A stretch of DNA of 62,501 bases, the filler included, from Chiloscyllium plagiosum (lineage: Eukaryota): assembly GCF_004010195.1 (NCBI RefSeq). It is 3 parts of one record of this genome, joined end to end, with 100 filler letters (N's around TTAATTAATTAA, not from the genome) between each part and the next. Parts side by side here need not be neighbours in the genome. Positions count along the whole stretch, not along the records: positions 47,745 to 62,501 come from NC_057717.1; 2 more parts are not named here. One strand, 5' to 3'. Every line of letters begins with the position of its first letter. Position 1 is the first letter of the stretch. The translations under genes and the position numbers were made by a program. The notes beneath the pieces were generated by a model. That model did no database searches, had not been told where the DNA came from, and saw nothing but the letters and a program-made list of their open reading frames with translations. This document shows positions 52,266 through 62,501 of this stretch, in pieces.

Positions 52266-52769
52266 TTCCAACGACGTATGTCAAAGATGCGCAAATATTC
52301 TGTCCAACGTGGAGCGCTGTACACTGGGAACTGAACGATAACACATGGTGACAAGTTCCATGACTCTGAAACTGCATAAGGCTGGCATCACTGACACTGC
52401 AGAGCTCTGAATCATGGTCAGGGAGAAAAACAGAGGGAAACACATTCACTTCAAACACAGAAGATGGCATTTTGAAAAGAAAAATATTCAGATTAGTACC
52501 TTAAATTGATTGAGTCAAAGTAACAAGTTGGAGGCGTGACACCAAGGAAAGAATTTCAGCAGAATGAGAATATGAAAATGGAAGGGCTGCCGCATCAGAC
52601 ACCAGGTTAGGTCACTAAGTACAGGGCTGTTGGGTGAATGGGTCTCGGTGTGAACTGGGGGATAGTCAGTAGAATTGAATTGTAGATATTGCAGCTTAAA
52701 CTGGGTTATCATCTGATGCCGTAGAACACAGCAGCAGCAGAATAGAATTGTATTCAATGACAATCTATA

Positions 52770-53540
52770 ACCTTTCCCTCAAGAAAATCCCTCAGTCTAC
52801 CATTACCATCAAACCGATCTATGGCTCAGTGACGAGTGTGGGTGAACATGCCAGGGTCAGTACCATGTGTACGTTTACCTGACGACAACCCATTAATCCT
52901 ACCGCACTTGACTCGTTACATTCCAAACAGCAGAACTAACATCTGGTACAGAGGCAGAAATGATCCCACGACTAACAAATCACATCTAAGCTCTGTCATC
53001 CTGCCAAATCCAAGCATAAATGTCGATGGACCATTAAACAACTTACTGCAGGAGAGGACTCCACAAATATCCCCATCCTTAATAATGTAACACTCTTGTA
53101 CATCAGTGTAAAAGTCAAGTATATGGTGTTTGCACTATCGTCAGCCAGACGTGTTGAGTGGATAATCCACATCACCCTATCATGATGCCCACAGAATCAC
53201 AGATGTCAGTCTTCAACCAATTCGATTCGCTGCCCCTGACATGAAGAAACAGCTGAACACAGTAAATATGACAAAGGCAATGGGCCCTGACACCATTCCT
53301 GCAATGGGACTGAAGACTTATGCTGCACAACAAACCGTGTCCCGGGGAAGCTGTTTCATTCCAGCTACAAATCTGACATCTCCCTGGCAATGTGGAAAAT
53401 TGTTCAGCTATATCCTGTTCCCTAAGAGGAGAAGAACTACAATCTGACCAATTACCACCCCTTCAGTCCCATCACAACAGTCAAATTGGTGGGATTTCTT
53501 TTTAACAGAACAGTCAAGCAGCACAGAGGTAACCAGCTCA
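52770..53540 (+). mobile_element. LINE ORF2 linker/RT-start fragment
   Basis: KKQLNTVNMTKAMGPDTIPA..LK, NYHPFS. Confidence 0.75.
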
Positions 53541-53569
53541 GTGTGGTTTCAGATAGGTCCCCATGTCAA

Positions 53570-54060
53570 ATGGTGCTGTTGTGGAATTGTAATTGGATTA
53601 CTAATACAGACCAGGCTAATGCTTGGGCAGCGGATGCAAGTTAAAAACAATTATTAACATATCGAGATCTAAAATCTAGTGTGAGTAATAGTGATCTTGT
53701 GTCCAATGTTGATTGTAAACATCGATCTCGTCCTCCAATATACGTTCAGGAAGTGAATCTCCCGTGCTTTCCTGGTCTGCCCTATGAGTGACTCCAGACA
53801 CGCAGACATGTGATAAACAATGGTATCTGAAACGGCCAAGCAAGGCACTCATTTGTATCAAACTGCTCGGAGTTATTTAAGGATATACCCAGAGAGAACA
53901 CCAGGCCCCAGCCCCAGAATCGGAAAAGGGATTGGAAAACACAATCCTGTTGACCCTGCAGAGACCTCCTTCCTAACATCTGAGGGCTTGTGACAACTTT
54001 TACAGAGCTTTCCCACAGACTGCACAGAAACATCGGGAAAGGAGTACGTCACACAACACA
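53570..54060 (+). mobile_element. SINE-like head followed by the start of a LINE ORF2
   Basis: CCTGGTCTGCCCTATGAGTGACTCCAGAC block, then SFLTSEG/LPNI*GLVTTLQSFPTD, resembling an APE N-terminus (recalled ..TNIWGL..L.ELSHRL). Confidence 0.4.
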
Positions 54061-54453
54061 TTGAGCTTTTCCTGTGCTAGCTAATGGCCGAACATCTCCT
54101 GAATGCAGTTTTATCCATACAATATTCATATCCCTCAATATGTTTAAATATTGTGAAATATAAAATGAGAACTGCGGTAGTCCCTTCAGCCCATCAATTT
54201 TGCTCCTCCATTCAATATACAGGCAGTTCTCAGATAATGCGTGTTGATTAAATACAATTAGGCTGCAATGTGATTCGTGAACTTTTTTCCATAAAGTGAA
54301 CTCCCATTCAATGTGACGCAATTCCTTGCCGGGAACCAGCTGAACAGCAAAACCCAGCCTCAGGATCCTCTGTCTGCAAAATGTACAATCAACGTGTTCA
54401 GCTAAAACAGGAATGCAATCCGCTCAGGAAGCCCTGAAACTGAGCCTGAAACG

Positions 54454-54466
54454 GGGAATTGTAGTC
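54454..54466 (-). promoter_or_regulatory. GACTACAATTCCC (ZNF143/THAP11-associated) promoter motif
   Basis: Exact match GGGAATTGTAGTC in non-repeat sequence; TGACGCAA at ~54313. Confidence 0.55.
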
Positions 54467-55113
54467 TACATTTAGAAAGAACTTTATTTCAAACTGCGGG
54501 AGAATCTTGAGGAGAATTGGAATTTCCCCATCACCATCTCGTGTTCAGTCAGCCCCACGCGCTTTCTGTTGAAGAGTGTGGTGAAAGGTGCACTGCTGTA
54601 GCCAGTGACAGTAGTTTGAAAGTGTTACATTTAGAGGACAGTTTCATTACAATATGTGATTTAATGATGTATGTTAGACTGTGCTAGTGTGTGTGTTAGA
54701 CTAAATTCAATTTTTGGTTTTACTGATATTTTGGGGTGTTCGTCCCTTATTCTCTTCCCCCCAGACCCCATTATTAATATTTCACGATTTTCTACAAAAC
54801 AGTGTTGCACAGGAACACAGCTACTGCGTTATTGGAGAACAACCTGGACTGATATCTGATCTACATTCACACGATACTCCTGCTCTCTCCCTATCACTAA
54901 AATTTCCAGAAATCCTTATTTATATTCAGCGCCTTGGTTTCCACAGCCTGATCTGGGAAAGAGTACCCAGTCTCTGAGTGCAGACATTTATTCTCATCTC
55001 AAAGCAAAGTGGCCTGTCTGTACCTAATACTTTGGCCCCATGTTTTAGACGTCCAAGCCAGGGAATTACCATCCCTGCGTCCAATCTGTCTCACCCTGTC
55101 AGAGTTTTATATA

Positions 55114-56360
55114 GGAATTGTGTTGCAGACGTTTTGTCCCCTGTCTAGGTCACAGCTTCAGTGCTTGGGTGCCTCCTGTGAATCGCTTCTGTGATGTTTC
55201 CTCTGGCATTTATAGTGGTTTGTCTCTGCCGCTTCCGGTTGTCAGTTCCAGCTGTCCGTTGCAGTGGTCGGTATATTGGTTCCAGGTCTATGTGCTTATT
55301 GATTGAATCTGTGGATGAGTGCTATGCCTCTAGGAATTCCCTGGCTGTTCTCTGGCTTGTCCTATAATAGTCTGTTGTCCCAGTCGAACTCATGTTGCTT
55401 GTCATCTGCGTGTATGGCTCCTAAGGATAGCTGGTCGTGTCGTTTCGTGGCCAGTTGGTGTTCATGGATGCGGATCGTTAGTTGTCTTCCTGTTTGTCCT
55501 ATGTAGTGTTTTGTGCAGTCATTGCACGCGATTTTGTGGACTACATTGATTTTGCTCATGCTGGCTATTGGGTCCTTCATTCTGGTGAGTTGTTGCCTGA
55601 GAGTGGCTGTTGGTTTGTGTGCTGTTATGAGTCCTAGTGGTCGCAGTAGTCTGGCCGTCAGTTCAGAAATGCTCTTGATGCATGGTAGTGTGGCTAGTCC
55701 TTTGGGTTGTGGCATGTCCTCGTTCCGTTGTCTCTCCCTTAGGCATCTGTTGATGAAATTGCGCGGGTATCCATTTTTGGCAAATATATTGTATAGGTGT
55801 TGTTGTTCCTCTTTTTGCAGTTCTGGTATTCTGCAGTGTGTTGTGGCCCTTTTGAACAGTGTCTTGATGCAACTTTTTTGTGAGTGTCGGGGTGGTTGCT
55901 TTCGAAATTCAGGAATTGGTCTGTGTGTGCGGCTTTCCTGTATACCTTTGTGATGAATTCTCCGTTCGGTGTTCTCTGTACCATCACGTCTAGGAATGGG
56001 AGTTGGTTGTCCTTTTCTTCCTCTCTAGTGAATCGGATTCCAGTGTGTGTGGCGTTGATGATCCGGTGTGTGTTCTCTATTTCTGTGATTTTAATTATTA
56101 CATATCTGAACCAGAGTTTGGGTTGAATTTGTAGTAAGACTGTTTGTTCTAATCTTTGCATTACCGCTTCTGCTATGAGGACAGAGATGGGTGAGTCCAT
56201 GGGTATGCCGTTGATTTGATCGTATTTTTGGTTGTTGAATGTGAAGTGTGTTGTGAGGCACAGGTCCAGTAGTTTAACTTTGCCGTCTTTGTTGATATGT
56301 TCACCGTTCTGTTGTCTGTTCTGTATGTCCAGCAGGTTGGCTATTGTTTCTCTGGCTAGG
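55114..56360 (-). mobile_element. Penelope-like element, inverted 3' arm (RT C-half, GIY-YIG, pLTR part)
   Basis: GIPMDSPISVLIAEAVMQRLE, LPFLDVMVQR, NVVHKIACNDCTKHYIGQTGRQLTIRIHEH; reverse complement of 57732-58988. Confidence 0.95.
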
Positions 56361-57598
56361 CAACACAAATTCCCAGCTCGGCGAATAGAACTGCAACAAC
56401 AAGCACCCGAGCAACAAATCTTCTCACAGACTTTGAACACCGACTGGCGAGAGACGCTAAGACAAGCCAGGAAATGGGAATTCTGTGCCAACCGCCTAAG
56501 CGCCACATACGAACAACTCCAGTTCCTGCACGAATGCCGAAAGAATCGAATCCTTCCACCATGTGTCAGATACAGACCACCAGTCAACAACACACAAGCC
56601 AGGGACACAGCCAGACAGAACGGAATCAGAATTATCCAGGTAATGATTACAGACGCACACAACAGACTTCACAAACACAGACAAGAAATTGCGCGACAAA
56701 AATCGTTAATTTCAAAAACCACCAATCAGGAATGGGCCCGGACCATAGAACACTCCGTCACCATAGGACAGAACAGGACCACACACCGCAAAAAAACGGA
56801 ACTAAAAGAAAAAATGGCCAAATGAACACACAACAGAAAGTACACCACAACACACACCTGGGTTAGAAACCTCTCCCACAGACAGCTCACAGGCACGGAA
56901 AGAACAATACTGGCCAAGGGACTCAACTACAACCACAGGGACGCCAAGACAGCAGACTTCCTAGCAGTACTAGAATGCACACTCTGGAACAATGGACTGA
57001 CAGAAGAGACACAACAAACAGTGAGACAAAGTATCGTACCTCTGAAGGAAAAGACGAACACATAACCTCAACACCAAGGAGAGGGAAGCACTCTCATCAC
57101 TAAGAAACGATAAGAACATAATCATACGACCAGCAGACAAAGGCAGATTGACGGTCATCCTACGCAAAGCAGAGTACATCCGAAAAGTGCAACAACTACT
57201 TGCAGATACCAACACCTATCAAAGGAGGGAGTTTGACCCCACCTCACAGCTCACCAATAGGATAAACAACACACTGAAGAACCTACAAAAAAGGACAGAT
57301 AACCATGTTTGACCAACAAAGAATGAAACCTGAAAGCAACAAAACCCCCAGATTCTATGGACTATCTAAAGTGCGCAAACCAGACATCCCACTCAGACCC
57401 ATAGTATCACTACCAGGGACACCATCACACAAACTGGGTAAAGAACTACAGCAGAAACTGAAACACTTGATCAGCGGATCCAGGCACTCTACACAGTCAA
57501 CACAGGAATTCTTGGACATCATCAGAAATATATACATATACGTGGAAGAAGCTATGGTCTCAATCGAAGTAACGGCAATGTTCACCTCTATCGACAAA

Positions 57599-57731
57599 AG
57601 GTAAAAACAATGACTGCAGGTGCTGGAAACCAGATTCTGGGTCAGTGGTGCTGGAAGCGGAACAGCAGTTCAGGCAGCATCCAAGGAGCTTCGAAATCGA
57701 CGTTTCGGGCAAAAGCCCTTCTTCAGGAATC
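57599..57731 (-). mobile_element. pLTR-like mini-element inserted in the Penelope RT
   Basis: Interrupts SIDK|ARET; homologous to 23470-23589 and 35786-35981. Confidence 0.9.
57694..57731 (-). ncRNA. Minimal type I hammerhead ribozyme, intact core
   Basis: GATTC-CTGAAGA-A-GGGC-TTTT-GCCC-GAAA-C-GTC-GATTT; palindromic ACGT in place of stem III. Confidence 0.8.
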
Positions 57732-58935
57732 AGCCAGAGAAACAGTAGCCACCCTGCTGGACATACAGAACAGAGAATAGGACGTTGAACCTATCAAAAA
57801 AGACGGCATACTCAAACTACTGGACCTGTGCCTCACAACACACTTCATATTCAACAACCAAATATATGAACACATCCAAGGCACACCCATGGGCTCAGCC
57901 ATTTCTGGACTAATAGCAGAAGTGGATATGCAAAGATTAGAACAAACAGCCTTACCGCAAATTCAACCCAAACTCTGTGTCAGATATGTAGATGACACCA
58001 TTGTAATAATTAAAAACACAGAAATAGAGAACACACACCGGATCATCAACGCCACACTCACAGGAATCCGATTCACTAGAGAGGAAGAAAAGGACAACCA
58101 ACTCCCATTCCTAGACGTGATGGTACAGAGAACACCGAACGGAGAATTCACTACAAAGGTATACAGGAAAGCCACACACAAAGACCAAGTCCTGAATTAC
58201 GAAAGCAACGATCCCAACACACACAAAATAAATTGCATCAACACACTGTTCAAAAGGGCCACAACATACTGCAGTACACCAGACTGCAAAAAGAGGAACA
58301 ACAACACCTATACAATGTATTCGCCAAAAACAGATACCCACGCAATTTCATCAACAGATGCCTAAGGGAAAGGCAGCGGAACGAGGACATGCCACAACCC
58401 AAAGGACTACCGTACATCAAGAACATTTCTGAACTTACAGCCAGACTACTGCGACCACTAGGACTCATAACAGCACACAAACCAACAGCCACTCTCAGAC
58501 AACAGCTCCCCAGAACGATGGACCCGATATCCAGCATGAGCAAAATCAATGTAGTGCACAAAATCGCATGCAAGGACTGCACAAAGCACTATATCGGACA
58601 AACAGGAAGACAGCTAACGATCCGCATCCATGAACACCAACTAGCCACGAAAGGACACGACCAGCTATCCTTAGTAGCCATACACGCAGATGACAAGCAA
58701 CATGAGTTCGACTGGGACAACACTACTATTATAGGACAAGGCAAACAGAGAACAGCCAGGGAATTCCGAGAGGTATGGCACTCATCCACAGATTCAATCA
58801 ATAAGCACATCGACCTGGACACAATATACCGACCACTGCAACGGACAGCTGGAACTGACAACCGGAAGCGGCAGAGACAAACCACTCTCAATGCCGGAGG
58901 AAACATCACAGAAGCGCTTCACAGGAGGCTCCCAC

Positions 58936-58975
58936 GCACTGCGGATGTCCCCTAGACAGGGGACGAAACGTCTGC
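58936..58975 (+). ncRNA. Penelope pLTR minimal hammerhead (A6>C mutated)
   Basis: GCA-CTGCGGA-T-GTCCCCT-AGAC-AGGGGAC-GAAA-C-GTC-TGC: 7-bp stem II, 3-bp stem I, predicted cut after 58972; homologous mutated copy at 55125-55164 (minus). Confidence 0.75.
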
Positions 58976-61377
58976 AACACAAATTCCCAGCGCGGTGAAC
59001 AGAACCACAACAACGAGCACCCGAGCTACAAATCTTCTCACAAACATTGAAGAGTTTTATATATTTCGCTGTGATCACCACGCATTTTCATAAACGGCAT
59101 GGAATTCAAGCCCAGTCGACTCAAGCTCTGCTCCAACAACAAGCCTGTCAATTCAGAGATCAGTCTCGTCATCCTTCACTGCTCTCCTTCAATGTCAGGT
59201 TTGTCTTTCATTGAGTAAGGAGACCAAAACTGCACACAATACTATACAATGTTCGAGATGGGGTCTCACTAATGCCCTGTACAGCTGCAGTAATGTACTC
59301 TTACTCCTGTACTCAATTCCCCTGAAGTGAAGGTGAATACACCATTTATCTGCCTACCTGCTTTCTGCTCCTGCAATATTTATTTCAGTGACTGGTGTAC
59401 ATGGAGATCCAGATTCATTTCAATGCTACAGTTCCCCACTTGCTGGGTCTATATACACTGGTCAGCGTGCCGATGCCATTCCCAGTATTGACTTCTGGCT
59501 TCAGAACTCACTGCCCTACATGTACCTAGAGGGCTGCACAGAAATAAACAAAAATGCTGCTTAAGTTCCTTTGTAGAGCAACATTTTTCTAGCAATCCCT
59601 TTTCAAATGAGAAGCTGCCATTCTATTGTTACCATCAAAGTGCACAACATCTCATCTCTCCTATTGCTCTCCATCTGCCACGTATTATCCCAGTAATTTC
59701 ACTTGTCTCAGTCACTTTGGAGCGTTTTTACATCCTCCTCACCCACTCACATGCTGACATCATTTAGTGTTGTCAGCAGACTTGGGAATATTGCATTTGA
59801 CTCCCTCAACCAAATATATAATGTATATTGGAAATAGCTAGGGCCCAAGCCACGATCCTTTCTATATCCTCCAAGCCTTCCATTTTAAAAACAACGTTGT
59901 TTTATTCCTCCTCACTCTTTCCTGCCATCTCTCCCATTCTAAAACCATGACCATATATTAGCCCGAGTCCCATAGGATTCGAATTTGCACAATAGGCTTG
60001 AGGATTTATCAAACATCTTTCTGAGATTCCAATCGTATTTCATTGATAGCTTCTCCATAAATCTGCTAAAAGCCACTTTCTCAAAATGATTTCCATTTCA
60101 GAAATCTCTGTGACTTTGTCTATGCCCATTAATTTCAGTTCGATAATTTCTCTAAACTGTTTAGTTGCTAATTTCATTCTATTCATTTTTTTTTCTCACC
60201 AGACTAAAGCTCCCTGTTAATACTGGGAAGTTTTATTTTTTGTTTTGTTTTCCTCTGTGAAGGCATAACTGAAACATTTGCTCCATAGTTCTGCTCTTTC
60301 CCGGTCTTCAATTATCTGGCATCAAACTGTAAGAAAGCTGCACATTTCTTTCTCTTAATTTTGCCATTGACACATTTTCAGAAAATATCACAAGTTCTGT
60401 CTTACGATCTTTGTTAAGAAATTCTTCAGAAACCTATCAATTCCTATTTTATGGTACTCAGCGATTGACCTTCCACAGCCATACAATCACAGAAGCAAAG
60501 AATGCGTACTATCAGAAATACAGCACGGTCTACATTAGACCCATTTCCGAATAAATACCTGCAGCTGTTAATCTTAAGGCATTTCAGGTGCACAACCCTG
60601 TGTTTTCTAATGGTTTTGAGTTTGCTATGACAACTCCCCTCTCAAGAAGTGCATTTCGGACCCCAACACCCTCTGGGTGAAAATCAATCCTCAAGTCCTC
60701 ACTACACCGCAAAACCTTCACTTTAAAAATGTGCCCCTTTGACTAAAAGGAACAGCTGCTGTCCATCCACCCTGCCCTCGTAATCCTATTCTTCTGAATC
60801 ATGTCTCCCTCAGCCTCGTCTCCTCCAAACTAAACAACCCAAGCTTATCCAGCCTCTTTCCATAGCTGAGATGCTCCATCCCAGGAAAAATCGTGGTAAA
60901 TCTCCTCTGCACCCTCTCCAGTGCAATCACATCCTTCCTGTAATATGTTTCCCCGAAATACACACAGTATTCCATCTTGGCCTCACCAAATTTCCGCATA
61001 GCTCTTATAATCTGTGCCTCAATGAATCGAGGTTATGTTTCCAGTCCCCTATGCTTTCCCAAATTGTGTATTAACCTGGCCATCACATTCAGGGATGTGT
61101 GGAAAAGCACCCTCTGACCTTCCTCGTGTGCTGCCATTAATTGAGTCCTCCCCTGTCTGGTTCCTTCTTCCAAAGTTTATCACCTCATATTTAACAGGGT
61201 TACATTCCATCTGCCATTGATCTTCCCAGCTGACCATTCCATCTGTATCTTCCCATACTTTAAGGCCTTCCTCCTCACCAACCGGCCAATCTTTGTATCA
61301 AACACAAACTTACTTATCACACTCCCCACCCATCGTCCATATTCACAGCTACATCATTTATGACTACCACATATATT

Positions 61378-61588
61378 AAAGTGGAAAATCACACAACATC
61401 AGGTTAGATTCTAACAGGATTATTTGCAGGCACTAGCTTTCGAAGCGCTGCTTCTTCATCAGGTGATTGTGCGCTTTGATGAAGAAGCAGCACTTTAAAA
61501 GTTAGTGCCGCCGAATAAACCTGTTGGACTATAATGTGGTGTCATGCGATTTATGACATTATCTACCCAGTCCAACACCAGCACCTCC
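61378..61588. mobile_element. Palindromic mini-element with two head-to-head hammerheads, inserted in CR1
   Basis: About 80-bp inverted arms around 61465-61475; no coding capacity. Confidence 0.85.
61431..61465 (-). ncRNA. Minimal type I hammerhead ribozyme, intact core
   Basis: CAC-CTGATGA-A-GAAGC-AGC-GCTTC-GAAA-G-CTA-GTG: stem I CAC/GTG, 5-bp stem II, CUA triplet, palindromic AGCT. Confidence 0.8.
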
Positions 61589-62501
61589 GAATCACAAATA
61601 ATAAGGGACACAGCACTGATCCCTGTGGTATACCATTGGACACTTTCCTCCAGTCACACAAGCAGCCGTCTACCACCACCTTCTGTCTCCTAACACTAAA
61701 CTTCATTTGGATGCCACTTGGTATGTCACTAATGAGGCCTACCTGTTCCCTGGTTATTCTGTTCCGCCGAACACACTTGTGGAATATCTGTGAATTCTCC
61801 CGAATCTTGCCCTGCAAGCAGGTTTCCATGCCCCTGTGTTAGTTAGTCCCCTACGCGTGCAGAATTTCCTCCTTATTGCAGCCTTAAATGGTTGTTCTTT
61901 ATCCTGCCATTAATTCCCTTGAATGTGGATTAGGCAGCCGGAGAAACATCCTGTTAATTTTCAATTTGTCACGTGTTTTGTGAATTTCATAAATTTCACA
62001 GTGACCCATCTCTTATTCTTTGAAACGCTAGAGAACACAGGCCGAGTTTCCTCACAACGCAATCTCGCCAACTGAGGGATTAATCTGGAGAATATCCATT
62101 GAACTTCCTCTGTGGTCAGTGTATTCTTTCTCAGATTTGGTCATCAAAACTGTACTCAATATTCCAAGTACAGTACTCACCAACAAGCTGTTAAACGGCT
62201 TCAACATGCCTTTACATCTATATTCTGACTCCCTTAAAGCAAGGCAATCCAAACTTTAACTTACCACTTGCATATTTTCCTCCAAATACCCTTCGCATTC
62301 ATTGCATTTACGAACTCAGTGCGTGAGTTCTTATAAAAAGCCTTCTGATAATCTAAAATATGCCAATTGCATTGGTTCCCCATTATCTATGCTGTAAGAA
62401 TCATCTTCAAACAATTCCAAAGCTTCTCAAGTATGACTTCCCTTTCAGAAATGCATACTGATTCTCTCAAATGTTGCTGTTAATTTCTAAATAACGAATA
62501 T

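Larger units (their letters stand above)
56360..59050 (+). mobile_element. Full-length Penelope-like element (Penelope/Poseidon type), ORF disrupted
   Basis: N-terminal FLHECRKNRILP, RPADKG, PRFYGLSKVRKPDIPLRPIVS, MGSAISGLIAE, YVDD, GIY-YIG YIGQTGR; direct terminal repeats 56360-56437 and 58974-59050. Confidence 0.95.
59051..62501 (-). mobile_element. Old CR1 fragments (first one continues 54900-55113 across the Penelope insertion)
   Basis: RKDVIALERVQRRFT, WQMECNPVKYEVINFG, GIPQGSVLCPLLF. Confidence 0.8.

Noticed and set aside
55739..56662. 307-aa ORF as a host gene
   Set aside because: Chimeric frame across the Penelope inversion junction (antisense N-part plus RT C-part)

Overview
Repeat-dense vertebrate DNA. 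The repeat content (HE1-type V-SINEs, CR1/HER1 LINEs, Penelope-like elements) points to an elasmobranch (shark/ray). Two N44-TTAATTAATTAA-N44 linkers (23590-23689, 47645-47744) suggest three artificially joined scaffolds. There is no complete host gene. Host-derived pieces: exon 1 of a GPR139-like GPCR, a C2H2 zinc-finger pseudogene, decayed tRNA clusters (Thr/Leu/His?, Asn x2) and a ZNF143-type promoter motif. Mobile DNA: many CR1 and HE1 copies, L2, the 5' end of an L1, LTR-like pieces, and a class I ERV gag-pro-pol relic with a CNPase-like 2H domain between protease and RT. The most notable structure is a 3.9-kb inverted Penelope composite with a 13-bp TSD whose 5' end matches its own hammerhead cleavage site. 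Several short, often palindromic non-coding elements also carry minimal hammerhead ribozymes. A 59-bp minisatellite appears derived from LINE endonuclease coding sequence. All family assignments are by eye and recall; no searches were run.
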